Below are positions 1 to 9,812 of a stretch of 64,000 nucleotides of DNA, one piece after another. The stretch comes from Patescibacteria group bacterium. GTDB lineage: Bacteria > Patescibacteriota > Microgenomatia > UBA10105 > UBA927. A program made the position numbers and the translations under genes. The DNA lies in contig JBMOPU010000012.1 of NCBI GenBank assembly GCA_049322955.1, forward strand, positions 788,791 to 852,790, read 5' to 3'. Position 1 is the first letter of the stretch, and each line of letters begins with the position of its first letter. Under the pieces are notes generated by a model. That model searched no databases and had not been told where the DNA came from. It worked only from the letters and a program-made list of their open reading frames with translations.

Positions 1-234
1 GTCAGTTATTTCGTTTTTGTGTTTTAGGACACACAGCCGCAGGTGTCTCCTGGCAATAATGTATATGGCAGTATTTATTTGTTTGCGTGCCAATGCAAGT
101 GCAGTATGGGTAGCCTGCCAATTTTTTTCAAACTGTTTCCCAATAATCACGGCGTTAATAGTAGCTCGCGCGATAAAAAGCTGAGTAATGATTTTTTGCT
201 TATCAGAATCTACAACTTCGATCTTCATACGCAT
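1..234 (-). CDS. Hypothetical protein, 5' part only (start ATG at 234..232; ORF runs off the window start so C-terminus missing)
   Basis: Manual translation of minus strand gives MRMKIEVVDSDKQKIITQLFIARATINAVIIGKQFEKNWQATHTALALARKQINTAIYIIARRHLRLCVLKHKNEITD with no stop before position 1; more protein-like than the listed + strand ORF 43..249 (Cys-rich). Not in ORF track because it lacks a stop in-window. Confidence 0.3.
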   Translation of the reverse strand, partial: MRMKIEVVDSDKQKIITQLFIARATINAVIIGKQFEKNWQATHTALALARKQINTAIYIIARRHLRLCVLKHKNEITD

Positions 235-406
235 ATGTTACCTGCCTGAGTATGAAGAAATTATTAAGATTAAATAAATTGTTGTTTGTAACGTGGAAAC
301 TTTGAGAACTTGATACATTTTCATCTGATCATTACAATATGAGAGTAGTTGTTGAAGAGAGATTCAAGTAATTTGCGTCTCCGCTCCGATTGAAAATTAC
401 AATCCT

Positions 407-844
407 ATGATATATATCGCCGGCGATAAACACGGGTACTCTGCGATAAGGTATGTTACCGAATATCTGACGGAAAAACGTATCGCGTTTGAAAATCTCG
501 GTGTTCAAAACAGCGAAACCGACGATAAACTCGAAAATTTTCTTCCAAAAGTCGCCTCACAAGTGCTTTCTCAACCGGAAAATAGCGGCATTGTGGCTTG
601 CGGCACGGGAGTCGGCGTCGAGGTGGGTATAAACAAATTCAAAGGCATCAGGGCGTGTCTAGCCAATGAGCCAAAAATCGCAAAATGGGGAAAGATATAC
701 GATAAGTGCAACGTTTTGTGTATACCCGGCTGGGAGATTGACAGAGAAACCGTTTTTGCGATTCTTGACGAGTGGTTTGGTAATTCCTATGACGGAAATA
801 CTGATAGACTGAAGATGTTTGAAGCGTTTGACGCGTGGAAATAA
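407..844 (+). CDS. rpiB: Ribose-5-phosphate isomerase B (RpiB/LacAB family)
   Basis: 145 aa; motif GIVACGTGVGVEVGINKFKGIRA matches RpiB active-site region (CGTGxG...N K..GIRAA); typical size. Confidence 0.8.
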   Translation: MIYIAGDKHGYSAIRYVTEYLTEKRIAFENLGVQNSETDDKLENFLPKVASQVLSQPENSGIVACGTGVGVEVGINKFKGIRACLANEPKIAKWGKIYDKCNVLCIPGWEIDRETVFAILDEWFGNSYDGNTDRLKMFEAFDAWK

Positions 845-942
845 CGCGTATTTACCCATAAAGTAACTTCGGGAAAATGAGCAAATCATCGATTCTGCCG
901 CGACACCAAGATCATCCACGGATAATCTATACTTAACTCATT

Positions 943-1755
943 GTGTTGAAAAAAACGATACGTATTTTATTGGTAGTATTCCCCCTCCTTTTTACCGCAG
1001 GGTTGTGGATATACGGTTTTATCCAGGCTAACGATTTCTCAATAGCAATTAAATCAGCCGACAATTTTACCTACACCAACATACTGGTTATCTTTCCGCA
1101 TCCCGATGATGGAGCGCAATCACTTTCGGGAACTCTTTCCCTTTTCGCAAAAAATAATGCGCAAATTAATTGGATTATATTGACGCGGGGAGAACGCGGC
1201 ACTGCTGACGCACATCCGGATGACAACCTGAAACGCATCAGAACCCAAGAATCGGAAACCGTGGCAAAAATTCTCAAGATAGATCCGCCATCGTTCGGTG
1301 ATTTTCCGGATAATCAATTGGCTGATCACGAAGATGCGCTTACAGCGTATGTACGGCAACAAATCGCAACATATAAGCCCGATTTGATTATTACCTACGA
1401 TGAATCAGGAGGGTACGGGCATCCCGATCACATGCTGGTATCCCGGATTGTTACCTCGTTACTCAAGACTGACTTTCCAAACATCCGATTATGGTACACC
1501 TCCACACCCGAAAAGTTATTTAACCAACTCTCCCTTCCCACGCACATGGCAACTAATCAGGAATTTCTTAAAAGCCGCAAGCCGCCTACCTTCCGCGTCT
1601 GGATCGGAGTAGCTGGTGTAGCCGCAAAAATTCGGACAGTATATGCGTATAAGAGTCAATTTAATTCTTTTATGAAAAGCGTACCGATAAAACAGATTCC
1701 GATGTGGTTTTATATTTCTCTCACGCCGTATGAATACTTTCATGACGTGAACTAA
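943..1755 (+). CDS. PIG-L/LmbE family N-acetylglucosaminyl deacetylase, N-terminal TM anchor
   Basis: Motifs ILVIFPHPDDG, TRGERG, DNQL and GGYGHPDH typical of LmbE/PIG-L zinc deacetylases; hydrophobic N-terminus. Confidence 0.7.
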   Translation: MLKKTIRILLVVFPLLFTAGLWIYGFIQANDFSIAIKSADNFTYTNILVIFPHPDDGAQSLSGTLSLFAKNNAQINWIILTRGERGTADAHPDDNLKRIRTQESETVAKILKIDPPSFGDFPDNQLADHEDALTAYVRQQIATYKPDLIITYDESGGYGHPDHMLVSRIVTSLLKTDFPNIRLWYTSTPEKLFNQLSLPTHMATNQEFLKSRKPPTFRVWIGVAGVAAKIRTVYAYKSQFNSFMKSVPIKQIPMWFYISLTPYEYFHDVN

Positions 1756-1878
1756 ACTATACTTTAACGTGCGTTCGGTCTTCCCTCTATCGCTTGTTAT
1801 ATATGGTGAAAGAATAAAAATGGAAAAGCAATATTTTGTGCATGCCCTACCATTTTCGACACTGATACTCTATGCTGA

Positions 1879-2298
1879 GTGAATATCAGTATGAGCACAA
1901 CAACCGCAAAAACTATCGATGGATATAATCGGTTACAGTCCGGCAACGAACGGCAAATTTGCGTCCTTCTCAAGGAAACCATCGATCACACTTTGCCGAA
2001 TGCGGAATCTAAAATATGGCACGGCGACCCCGTGTGGTTTCTCGATGGCAATCCGATTGTCGGTTATAGCATACTGAAAGCAGGCATAAAACTGATGTTT
2101 TGGAGCGGTGCCGATTTTGAAGAGCCGGCACTCACCCCCACTACCGGCAAATTTAAAGATGCGTCGATAATTTATACGCAACCCGATCAGATCGATGTGA
2201 AGGATTTGACGCGGTGGATAAAAAAATCAATTCGTATTCAATGGGATTATAAAAACATAGTCAAACGCCGGGGAAAGCTTGTCAGAATAGGCAACTGA
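1879..2298 (+). CDS. DUF1801 (YdhG-like) domain protein
   Basis: 139 aa; WHGDPVWFLDGNPIVGYSILKAGIKLMFWSGADF resembles the YdhG/DUF1801 core; function unknown. Confidence 0.5.
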   Translation: MNISMSTTTAKTIDGYNRLQSGNERQICVLLKETIDHTLPNAESKIWHGDPVWFLDGNPIVGYSILKAGIKLMFWSGADFEEPALTPTTGKFKDASIIYTQPDQIDVKDLTRWIKKSIRIQWDYKNIVKRRGKLVRIGN

Positions 2299-2347
2299 CA
2301 AGCGGACGCGACAAGTGAACTTGTAGAGGATCCGGTAATCACCGTAT

Positions 2348-2986
2348 ATGAAGTCAACAATCCTTATCTCTCTCATAGGCATCCTACTGGTGAGCGCCAT
2401 AATTCTTGGAGCTTTGGGATATCACATGGGCACACCATTAACCACCCCGCAAACTGCGGTAGTTTCCACAAATACGGAGGCGACTTCTGCCTCCACACCG
2501 CCGACACCGATATCGAAGAAAACCCAGGAGAAAGGAGATGCGTTTGCCTCATGTGTCGTTTTTTCCCGACGAAATGTGAATACGTATGGCAGTAATCCCA
2601 ATATGCTTGATGACCGGTCGGAATTGCGGTGCAACAATCAGGGTACCTGGCAAACAATGGTCACGGTAAAGGATAAGGCGGGTTCATCCGCGTCAGCGCA
2701 CTCGATTTATCGGTTCTGGAAAGACGAAAACGGGTATCGGTTGCTTATCGTTGATACAAACGGCGCGGGAAGTGGCGAGGGAATCGGCAAACTCGTTACT
2801 CTTTTTAACGACTCCGCCGTACTCACTTCATGTTTTTCGTTTCTCCCGGAAGATTTTTCCGTGCTTTCGACCGAAAAATGGAATACCCCGCTTTCCGCGG
2901 AAGAATATGGGGCTATCCAAAAAAACTTATTGAGCAACACAGGTTCAGGTTGTACTAACTACACCATTGCTTCGTCCGTGCGTTAA
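2348..2986 (+). CDS. Membrane-anchored extracytoplasmic hypothetical protein with Thr/Pro-rich linker
   Basis: N-terminal TM helix (ILISLIGILLVSAIILGAL) followed by PLTTPQTAVVSTNTEATSASTPPTPIS low-complexity linker and a Cys-containing globular domain. Confidence 0.45.
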   Translation: MKSTILISLIGILLVSAIILGALGYHMGTPLTTPQTAVVSTNTEATSASTPPTPISKKTQEKGDAFASCVVFSRRNVNTYGSNPNMLDDRSELRCNNQGTWQTMVTVKDKAGSSASAHSIYRFWKDENGYRLLIVDTNGAGSGEGIGKLVTLFNDSAVLTSCFSFLPEDFSVLSTEKWNTPLSAEEYGAIQKNLLSNTGSGCTNYTIASSVR

Positions 2987-3025
2987 TTTTGTGTCCGGCT
3001 CATACAATTTGCTACACTGATATGT

Positions 3026-3973
3026 ATGCTTGGTCATATTGCACTCTATGCATTGGGATTTGCCGGTATATGGTTCGGTGCGGGTATTGCCATACGGGCG
3101 GTGGAGAAAATCGCCCATAAACTCCGACTCTCTTCGTTTCTCGTTTCGTTTCTCGTGCTCGGATTTTTTACCTCGATTAGCGAAGTATCGGTGGGAGTCA
3201 ACGCCGTGCTTTCGGGTCAGCCTGACATTTTCGTGGGAAATCTTATCGGTGCGTCTATCGTGCTGTTCCTTATGGTGATTCCCCTCCTTGCCATTGTGGG
3301 GCACCCCATATCCATAAACAAAGAAGTACGCGGACGCCATCTCATCCTCCCACTCGTGGTTGTTGCTATCCCGGTCTTACTGTCGTTCGACGGCATGGTA
3401 AGCCGTATTGATGCCATCATTGCGGTTACGCTCTTTGCACTATCGGCACTGGTTCTGGAACGGCGGAAAGGGTTTGTCAAAAACGTAGCGACGTACGCCA
3501 CTTTCAAAAATCTGTCGGTAGCAACCGAATTTTCCAAAACGCTCGCGGGATCGCTTATCATTTACGCCTCAAGCTGGATGGTCGTCAATCAGACGCACTA
3601 CTTTTCTACCCTGCTGGGGCTTTCGGATTTTTTCATCAGTCTTATGGTTATCGGCATCGGCACCAACTTGCCGGAACTTTCCCTGATCGTGCGCTCGCTC
3701 TTTATGAAAAGTAATCAGGTGGCGTTCGGCGATTACCTGGGTTCGGCATCATTTAACTCCTTCCTTTACGGCATCCTTACGCTCTGGCACGGAAAATCCA
3801 TTATGTTAAACAATAGTTACGCGGTAAGTTTAGGCTTTCTGATCGTGGGACTGGTCTTATTTTTTATCTTTGCCAAAAGTAAGCACACTATTTCACGCCT
3901 TGAGGCATTGGGATTATTTACGCTCTATATCGCGTTTTTCCTGATTGAAGTATTTACGCACTTACCCGCCTAA
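3026..3973 (+). CDS. Ca2+/Na+ antiporter (CaCA family, YrbG-like)
   Basis: Polytopic membrane protein with the two alpha-repeat signatures GNLIGASIV and GTNLPELSL characteristic of CaCA exchangers. Confidence 0.75.
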   Translation: MLGHIALYALGFAGIWFGAGIAIRAVEKIAHKLRLSSFLVSFLVLGFFTSISEVSVGVNAVLSGQPDIFVGNLIGASIVLFLMVIPLLAIVGHPISINKEVRGRHLILPLVVVAIPVLLSFDGMVSRIDAIIAVTLFALSALVLERRKGFVKNVATYATFKNLSVATEFSKTLAGSLIIYASSWMVVNQTHYFSTLLGLSDFFISLMVIGIGTNLPELSLIVRSLFMKSNQVAFGDYLGSASFNSFLYGILTLWHGKSIMLNNSYAVSLGFLIVGLVLFFIFAKSKHTISRLEALGLFTLYIAFFLIEVFTHLPA

Positions 3974-4945
3974 TCACCGAAGATACGTGTCGATATTCTC
4001 CAGGTGCTCTTCGTAGGTTTCCGCACAGTGAATCTCCCGGTCCGATGAGTGGAGATAGAAAATACAGTCCGTTTCTTCAGGGTTTAACACCGCTTCTATT
4101 GCGGCGAGTCCAGGGTTACTGATGGGTCCGGGCGGAAGTCCTTTATTGCGATACGTATTGTACGGCGATTCCAGGTATTTATCCTGCGGGACCACTCTCG
4201 GCCACCAGCCGTCCTCGCTGTTGCCGCGTATATACTGAAGCGTCGCGTCGATTTCGAGCCGCATGTCGATGTCCAGCCGTTTCCATATGATGCCCGCGAT
4301 AAGCGCCTTGTCGCTATCTCCACCCGATTCCCGTTCGATAAGCGATGCGATTTTTAGCGCCGTCGTCCATTTGATATTTTTTGCCGTAAATTTATCGACG
4401 TACGGCGCGAATTTGGTATTGAAGTTATCCAGAAACCGTTTTGCCACAAGCGGTACGGGTTCATCGGTCGGCAACAGGTAAGTATCGGGAAAATACACTC
4501 CCTCGCGATACTCCGCAGAATCGGCGTTAAAGGCATTCCATTCTTTTTCCTGTTCCGCGGTCCACCCCAGCGTCGTACCCAAGAGTTCACCGATTTGTTC
4601 TTTGCGCAGTCCCTCACGCACGGTCACCCAAAAAAACTGCGGGGTATCCGTAATTTTTTCCGCGATGTCCCATGCGGGCATAGACGTATTGAGTCTATAC
4701 CCTCCCGGCACCACGGACTTCCCCACCGCGGTAATGTCCATAAACAACCGAAAAGCCGCTTCATTTTTGATAAGTCCCAACTTTTTGAGTTCTGCGGGAA
4801 CATCAAATTCGGCATTCTGTTGTGGAACGATGAGCACCCATTGTTCGGCAACGCGACTTACCGGTCCCAGTGTGTTCCACACACCGAATCCGATGGCACA
4901 AAGAGCGAGAGTAAATGCGATGACAAATGAAAGGATGTGCTTCAT
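3974..4945 (-). CDS. mltG: Endolytic murein transglycosylase MltG (YceG-like)
   Basis: N-terminal TM anchor; C-terminal hallmark YNTYRNKGLPPGPISNPG of the YceG/MltG family. Confidence 0.85.
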   Translation of the reverse strand: MKHILSFVIAFTLALCAIGFGVWNTLGPVSRVAEQWVLIVPQQNAEFDVPAELKKLGLIKNEAAFRLFMDITAVGKSVVPGGYRLNTSMPAWDIAEKITDTPQFFWVTVREGLRKEQIGELLGTTLGWTAEQEKEWNAFNADSAEYREGVYFPDTYLLPTDEPVPLVAKRFLDNFNTKFAPYVDKFTAKNIKWTTALKIASLIERESGGDSDKALIAGIIWKRLDIDMRLEIDATLQYIRGNSEDGWWPRVVPQDKYLESPYNTYRNKGLPPGPISNPGLAAIEAVLNPEETDCIFYLHSSDREIHCAETYEEHLENIDTYLR

Positions 4946-4981
4946 GAAGGAAAACCGATTTCCCCATGATACAATCTATAC

Positions 4982-5857
4982 ATGGAAAATTCCATGACTG
5001 TGGCCGTTTCATCTGACTGGAAAGAGTATGAACTGATCGACAGCGGCAACGGCGAGAAACTTGAGCGGTTTTCGTCATATATCATTTCCCGTCCCGACCC
5101 GCGCGCCATATGGAAACCCATTGCCCCCTCCGCCGTATGGGACAGGGCACATGCGCGGTACGTACGGGGATCCAAAGAAGAAGGGTATTGGGACATCAGG
5201 ATGCCTCCCCCGCAAAACTGGCAGGTTCGTTACCATGACCTCGTATTCACCCTGAAACCGACGTCTTTTAAACACGTGGGGGTGTTTCCCGAACAATCCG
5301 TAAATTGGCGATGGATGATGCAGACAATTGCAGGACGTCCGCTCAAGGTATTAAACCTGTTTGCGTACACCGGAGGTGCCACCATGGCGGCGCTTGCGGC
5401 GGGAGCACATGTTACCCATGTAGATAGTGCAAAAGGCGCCATCGAGTGGGCAAAAGAAAACGCCACAGCTTCCGAACTGATCGATAAACCGGTTCGCTGG
5501 ATTACCGATGATGCGGTGAAATTTGCGGCAAGAGAGCTCAAGCGCGGCAATACCTATGACGGCATCATCCTTGATCCGCCGCGTTTCGGCAGAGGACCCA
5601 AAGGTGAGGTGTGGAAAATTGAGGTCGACCTGCCGAAACTTACCCCGATACTCACGGGGCTTTTGTCCCCCAACCCCGCATTTGTTTTGATAAACGCCTA
5701 CACTGCGGACTTATCGGCACTCGTAATCGGTCACTTACTGCAGGATATGACGGCATCTCTTCCGGGCACCCGATCGTTCGGCGAATTGACGATTGCGGAT
5801 TCGACAAGCGGTCGATTGCTTCCCAACGGTATTTTCGCCCGATGGAGCGCTTCCTGA
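4982..5857 (+). CDS. Class I SAM-dependent rRNA methyltransferase (RlmI/RlmK-like)
   Basis: Motif I LNLFAYTGGATMAALAAGA, VDSA, and ILDPPRFGRG (DPPxF) in the same order and spacing as E. coli RlmI catalytic domain. Confidence 0.6.
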   Translation: MENSMTVAVSSDWKEYELIDSGNGEKLERFSSYIISRPDPRAIWKPIAPSAVWDRAHARYVRGSKEEGYWDIRMPPPQNWQVRYHDLVFTLKPTSFKHVGVFPEQSVNWRWMMQTIAGRPLKVLNLFAYTGGATMAALAAGAHVTHVDSAKGAIEWAKENATASELIDKPVRWITDDAVKFAARELKRGNTYDGIILDPPRFGRGPKGEVWKIEVDLPKLTPILTGLLSPNPAFVLINAYTADLSALVIGHLLQDMTASLPGTRSFGELTIADSTSGRLLPNGIFARWSAS

Positions 5858-6023
5858 GCAGATTCAAGTTTGCTATAATAAGGTGCCCTAAAACCGATGC
5901 GAAAAGAGCGAGGTTGCAAAAAGGGCATAATCCGTTGCGAAGGGGTGATACAGTTGGGAGAACCTTCGCAACTTATTGAAGGAAAAGCGTTGGGGAAAAA
6001 CCTCGGTTTTGCCCCATGAAGAT

Positions 6024-6097
6024 GCCCCCTTAGCTCAACGGCAGAGCAGCGGTATCGTAAACCGTAGATGTCAGTCCAATTCTGACAGGGGGCTCCA
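6024..6097 (+). tRNA. tRNA-Thr (anticodon CGT), includes encoded CCA
   Basis: Hand-folded: acceptor GCCCCCT/AGGGGGC, D-arm GCTC/GAGC, anticodon stem GCGGT/ACCGT with loop ATCGTAA (anticodon CGT), T-arm GTCAG/CTGAC, discriminator T then CCA. T-loop (TCCAATT) deviates slightly from canon. Confidence 0.75.
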
Positions 6098-6103
6098 AAA
6101 TTT

Positions 6104-6817
6104 ATGATTTCATCCCGATTACGAAGAGTTGAGGAAAAAAAAGCTTCCAAACGGATGGCAATGGCCGTTATCGGGATGGTGGGAACACTCGTGTTCCTTG
6201 CGCTTTTCGGCGTAAAAATTCTCATCGGTTTCAGTGTGTTAGTGGATAAAATTCGCGGGAACTCCCCCGCCCAACAGCAACCGCAGGAATCCCTGATCCT
6301 TCCGCCGGTACTTGATCCGCTTCCCGAGGCCACCCATAGTGCTACCCTCGACGTGCACGGCAGGGGCACCGCGAAAATGACGGCAATACTTTTCGTCAAT
6401 GACAGTGAGTACAAAAAAGTGCCGATTACCGATGACGGAAGCTTCACCGTCACGGATATTCCGGTCGAACCGGGAACGGTCACCGTACGCGCCAAAATTA
6501 CCGACGGAAAAGACAACACCAGTGATTTTTCCCCCGTCATTTCCACTGTTGTGGATCGAACCCCGCCGAAACTGACCATCGACAATCCCGAAGATAACAT
6601 CACCGTCAATGACGGGACACATAAAGTTACAGTTAACGGGATCACCGATGAAGGCATGAAAGTGACGATCAACGGACGGATTGTCGTCGTAAAATCAGAC
6701 GGATCGTTCACCTACAGCATGCCATTAAATGATGGGGATAATCTTTTGACTATAATCGCCAAGGATCCGGCGGGTAATGAAACTTCGCAAACCCGTAAGG
6801 TTATTTATAAGCCGTGA
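6104..6817 (+). CDS. Membrane-anchored hypothetical protein with Ig-like beta-rich repeats
   Basis: TM helix near N-terminus, Gln/Pro-rich linker, then repeated T/V/D/G-rich beta-strand-like segments (e.g. VTVNGITDEGMKVTINGRIVVV). Confidence 0.45.
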   Translation: MISSRLRRVEEKKASKRMAMAVIGMVGTLVFLALFGVKILIGFSVLVDKIRGNSPAQQQPQESLILPPVLDPLPEATHSATLDVHGRGTAKMTAILFVNDSEYKKVPITDDGSFTVTDIPVEPGTVTVRAKITDGKDNTSDFSPVISTVVDRTPPKLTIDNPEDNITVNDGTHKVTVNGITDEGMKVTINGRIVVVKSDGSFTYSMPLNDGDNLLTIIAKDPAGNETSQTRKVIYKP

Positions 6818-7982
6818 TTTCCTGTTCCATTGTTCCAGTGAGTATCCACAGCCATACCAACACCCACGGGTAAAACAGACTATTCACAAACAGACTGTGT
6901 AAGAGGAGTGCGGTCAACACACCCAGATACGTAGCCGCGGACAACCGATGCTTCTCGCCTGCTCGGTACAGTCGCATCCCCGATCCAAAAAGTGACACGA
7001 GTAACCATACGTACACCCCAAAACCGACAAGTCCTGTAGTCGCTCCCACAAAGAGCAGGCTCGTGTCCAGTCCCGCCCCCGCCCTTGAGGGGACGGACGA
7101 TTCATCAAGCCAGCTCCGCTCTCTTGCCACAAACCGCAAAAGATTAAATCCGTGACCGAATAACGGCTTTTCTTTGATAAGGGTGATCGCCCGCTGGGCA
7201 TTACCGACCCGGGCATACGAAGACACACTGCGGAATAGGTTGCGGCCTTCGCCCGAATTCGGCAGTAACAGAAAACCCACAAGAACTGCGGCGATGACAA
7301 TCCCCGCCAGCTTTTTATACCCGGAAAGTACCGCCCACACGATAAGACCGCCGACCAGTGCGACTATACTACTTCGGGAATACGTCAGGGCAAAGGCAAG
7401 CAACACCAGTCCCGTTAACGCATATCGCATGAACGGTTGCATGCCTTTGTGTTGTGTTCCCAGAAGCGAAAGGAGGGTAAGCGTGAGGATGATCCCCATA
7501 AAATTCGGATCAAGCAGGGTACCGAACAGTCGTTGATAGTGAGGATCCCACCCAAGATACGCAAGATTCCGTAAATCGGGGTACCAAAAATACTGAAGCA
7601 AGCCGACACCCGCCATGCACACTCCGGAGAGGGTGAGTGTACGCCGCCAAACGACGGGAGCAAATAATTTCCCCACGGCTGTCCAATACAACGCGGCATA
7701 TAGGAGGAAACGGAGCACATAAAGGAGTCCTCCTCCCACGACATAGAGCGGCACATTTGTCACTGTCTGTGCCAGTGAAATAAGGCAGATTCCGGTAAAT
7801 GCGATTATCGGTGCCCAAAGATGCGGGATTATACGCTTTTTTCCGCTTCGGAGCGCTCCGTACAAAACGAGGACAAGCACGGAAATATCAAGCAGGGTCA
7901 CCCGCGCACCCAACGCGACGGGCATCGAAATAATGTTTCCCGCGATGAGTCCCGCGGCAAGAAACAGTAAGGGATAGTGCAT
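6801..7982 (-). CDS. O-antigen ligase-like (Wzy_C domain) polytopic membrane protein
   Basis: ~10-12 predicted TM segments with a central larger loop; segment ALTYSRSSIVALVGGLIVWAV resembles Wzy_C/WaaL core; neighbourhood of glycosyltransferases. Confidence 0.5.
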   Translation of the reverse strand: MHYPLLFLAAGLIAGNIISMPVALGARVTLLDISVLVLVLYGALRSGKKRIIPHLWAPIIAFTGICLISLAQTVTNVPLYVVGGGLLYVLRFLLYAALYWTAVGKLFAPVVWRRTLTLSGVCMAGVGLLQYFWYPDLRNLAYLGWDPHYQRLFGTLLDPNFMGIILTLTLLSLLGTQHKGMQPFMRYALTGLVLLAFALTYSRSSIVALVGGLIVWAVLSGYKKLAGIVIAAVLVGFLLLPNSGEGRNLFRSVSSYARVGNAQRAITLIKEKPLFGHGFNLLRFVARERSWLDESSVPSRAGAGLDTSLLFVGATTGLVGFGVYVWLLVSLFGSGMRLYRAGEKHRLSAATYLGVLTALLLHSLFVNSLFYPWVLVWLWILTGTMEQEITAYK

Positions 7983-7983
7983 A

Positions 7984-9066
7984 TCAAAAAATACTTACTA
8001 GCCAAAGTATAATCGCTCCGATAGTCCCGTGAGAAGCGGGTATCCACCCGAACGGCAAACCGGTGAAAAATCCCGGTGATGCAACATTGGCGCTTATCAA
8101 CAGATACCCGAGCACCAAGAGGCCCCGAAACATCTTTTTTTCATTACGTTTCCACAACACAAAAAAAGTCGGAATCAAAAAAACAAAGTGATGTTGCCAG
8201 GCAATGGGTTCGACAAGCAAAAATACCGGCATTGCAAGCCATAATGCCTCGGGAAACCGTATTTTATTTTTTCGGAACGCAGAGGCGGTTACGGTGATGA
8301 TGATACCCGCGATAATTGCGTACGAAATAACGTCTGTTGTTCCCATTCGCGCCAACAATCCCGTAATCCCCTGATTGTAGTAGATACCGTGATCCTGCCA
8401 TGTCCCCATTGCTTTCTGCATCCGTTCCGCGTATCGCACGTACGCATCAAATCCGTACACGCCCAACGATGCGATACCAACACCTGCCATCCACGCACCA
8501 ACGGAAAGCAGAGTCGTCCACCGACGGTATGCCAGAAGCACCGCCAGGAGAAGGATAACCTCCGGCTTGATAAGAACAGCCAGCGCGAATAATCCGCCCA
8601 TTACCAGCCGGTGATATTTATTTTCATAATAAATCGCACCGATAATGAGTGCCAACGCGTAAAAATTAACTTGCCCCATCCCCAAGGTAAATTGACTGGG
8701 AAATGACAAATAGCTCAAAGCGACAAGGGTAAGTGTCGTTCGCGTGTCGGTTACTCCTGATTGTCTTGCCAGGAACCATACGATACCGACAAGACTGGCA
8801 AATGAGCCAAGTATCCATAACGCTTCCATAATTTCATACGGAAGAAGCGCCAACGGGGAAAATACCAATAGCGACGCGGGGGGCAACAGGTGGATGGGAC
8901 GCGGGACGTTTCGTATTACCTCTCCGGCCGCCTCGTAGTAATAGAAAAAATCCGGTGCGGATGTGGCGATGATCCGAAACACGGAAACCGCGGCCTTGAG
9001 CGCCGCGCCGACAACGACAACCCATTGAGCGACGACAATTACCCGCGCTGATTTTGGAGTTGCCAT
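7984..9066 (-). CDS. DUF2029 / GT87-like integral membrane glycosyltransferase
   Basis: Polytopic membrane protein with the DFFYYYEAA-type motif seen in DUF2029 (GT87 mannosyltransferase-like) proteins. Confidence 0.45.
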   Translation of the reverse strand: MATPKSARVIVVAQWVVVVGAALKAAVSVFRIIATSAPDFFYYYEAAGEVIRNVPRPIHLLPPASLLVFSPLALLPYEIMEALWILGSFASLVGIVWFLARQSGVTDTRTTLTLVALSYLSFPSQFTLGMGQVNFYALALIIGAIYYENKYHRLVMGGLFALAVLIKPEVILLLAVLLAYRRWTTLLSVGAWMAGVGIASLGVYGFDAYVRYAERMQKAMGTWQDHGIYYNQGITGLLARMGTTDVISYAIIAGIIITVTASAFRKNKIRFPEALWLAMPVFLLVEPIAWQHHFVFLIPTFFVLWKRNEKKMFRGLLVLGYLLISANVASPGFFTGLPFGWIPASHGTIGAIILWLVSIF

Positions 9067-9785
9067 ATTTTTGCTCGGGTAAGAAATGAGTGAAAACTCA
9101 TCATGAGGGCAACAATACTTCCCACAACACCGTCACGGTACCCTTGCTTGCCGACATAGTTTAGGAAAAATTTTGCCAGGGGATACGCGACTATCTGCCA
9201 TACCGTAACCCGGGTGCCGGTTTCATAAAAATGTTTTGCGTTTATCGTGGAATAGTCGTTGATGTCCCGAAGAAATTCCGCCACCGTCTGATGCGGCATA
9301 TGCGTAAGCGGAGCATTGAGTGTCCCGACAACTCCCGCCACCTTCCATACCTCATGTACGGGTCGGTGCCATTTGCCCTTTCCGCTCCTGCCGAGGCGGA
9401 GGAGTCGCACCCCTGCCGTCTCACCGAATCGTAATGTCGTTCCCCAGAGCACATCCTGCCGTTTGAGGAAGAAGCCGCTGACATCCACCTGAAGAACCGC
9501 TTCTTGTATCTCGCGGGCAAGTTCAGGACTCACCACTTCATCGGCATCGACAAAGAGTATCCATTCTCCCCGGGCTTTGGATAGTCCGAAATTACGTTGA
9601 GCGGCAAAATCACCATTGATGGCACGAGTGTGCACAACCGCTTTTTTTCTCTTTGCGACGGCAATCGTGTCATCGGTGGAATTGTCGTCTATGACAATCA
9701 CTTCGTTGCAAAATCGCACGCTATCAAGCGTCATCTCGAGTGTCCGGGCGGCATTGCGGGCGAGAATAACTGCGGATATACCCAT
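9039..9785 (-). CDS. Glycosyltransferase family 2 (WaaE/KdtX-like)
   Basis: ISAVILARNAA...VIVIDDNSTDDT...FVDADE (DxD) signatures of GT2; C-terminal hydrophobic segment. Paralog of 15317..16009. Confidence 0.75.
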   Translation of the reverse strand: MGISAVILARNAARTLEMTLDSVRFCNEVIVIDDNSTDDTIAVAKRKKAVVHTRAINGDFAAQRNFGLSKARGEWILFVDADEVVSPELAREIQEAVLQVDVSGFFLKRQDVLWGTTLRFGETAGVRLLRLGRSGKGKWHRPVHEVWKVAGVVGTLNAPLTHMPHQTVAEFLRDINDYSTINAKHFYETGTRVTVWQIVAYPLAKFFLNYVGKQGYRDGVVGSIVALMMSFHSFLTRAKIWQLQNQRG

Positions 9786-9812
9786 AGTATGTATTCATTG
9801 TATCATACGGCT

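Noticed and set aside
43-249. 68-aa + strand ORF at window start
   Set aside because: Cys-rich, non-protein-like translation in an AT-rich region. The opposite-strand partial ORF (1..234) is more plausible, though itself uncertain.
3120-3150. Short tandem repeat TCGTTTC x3
   Set aside because: Lies within the Ca2+/Na+ antiporter coding sequence and simply encodes a hydrophobic TM segment (SSFLVSFLVLGFF); not an independent repeat element.
5731-6711. 326-aa minus-strand ORF
   Set aside because: It spans the 3' end of the methyltransferase gene, the intergenic hairpin, tRNA-Thr and most of the + strand gene 6104..6817. Low-complexity S/T/V/P-rich translation; spurious antisense ORF.
9597-9812. 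N-terminal 72-aa extension of the GT-C ORF (ORF-track start 9597)
   Set aside because: It would overlap the divergent GT2 gene (9039..9785) by about 190 nt on the opposite strand. An internal ATG at 9813 (or 9789) directly precedes the first TM helix and is the more plausible start.
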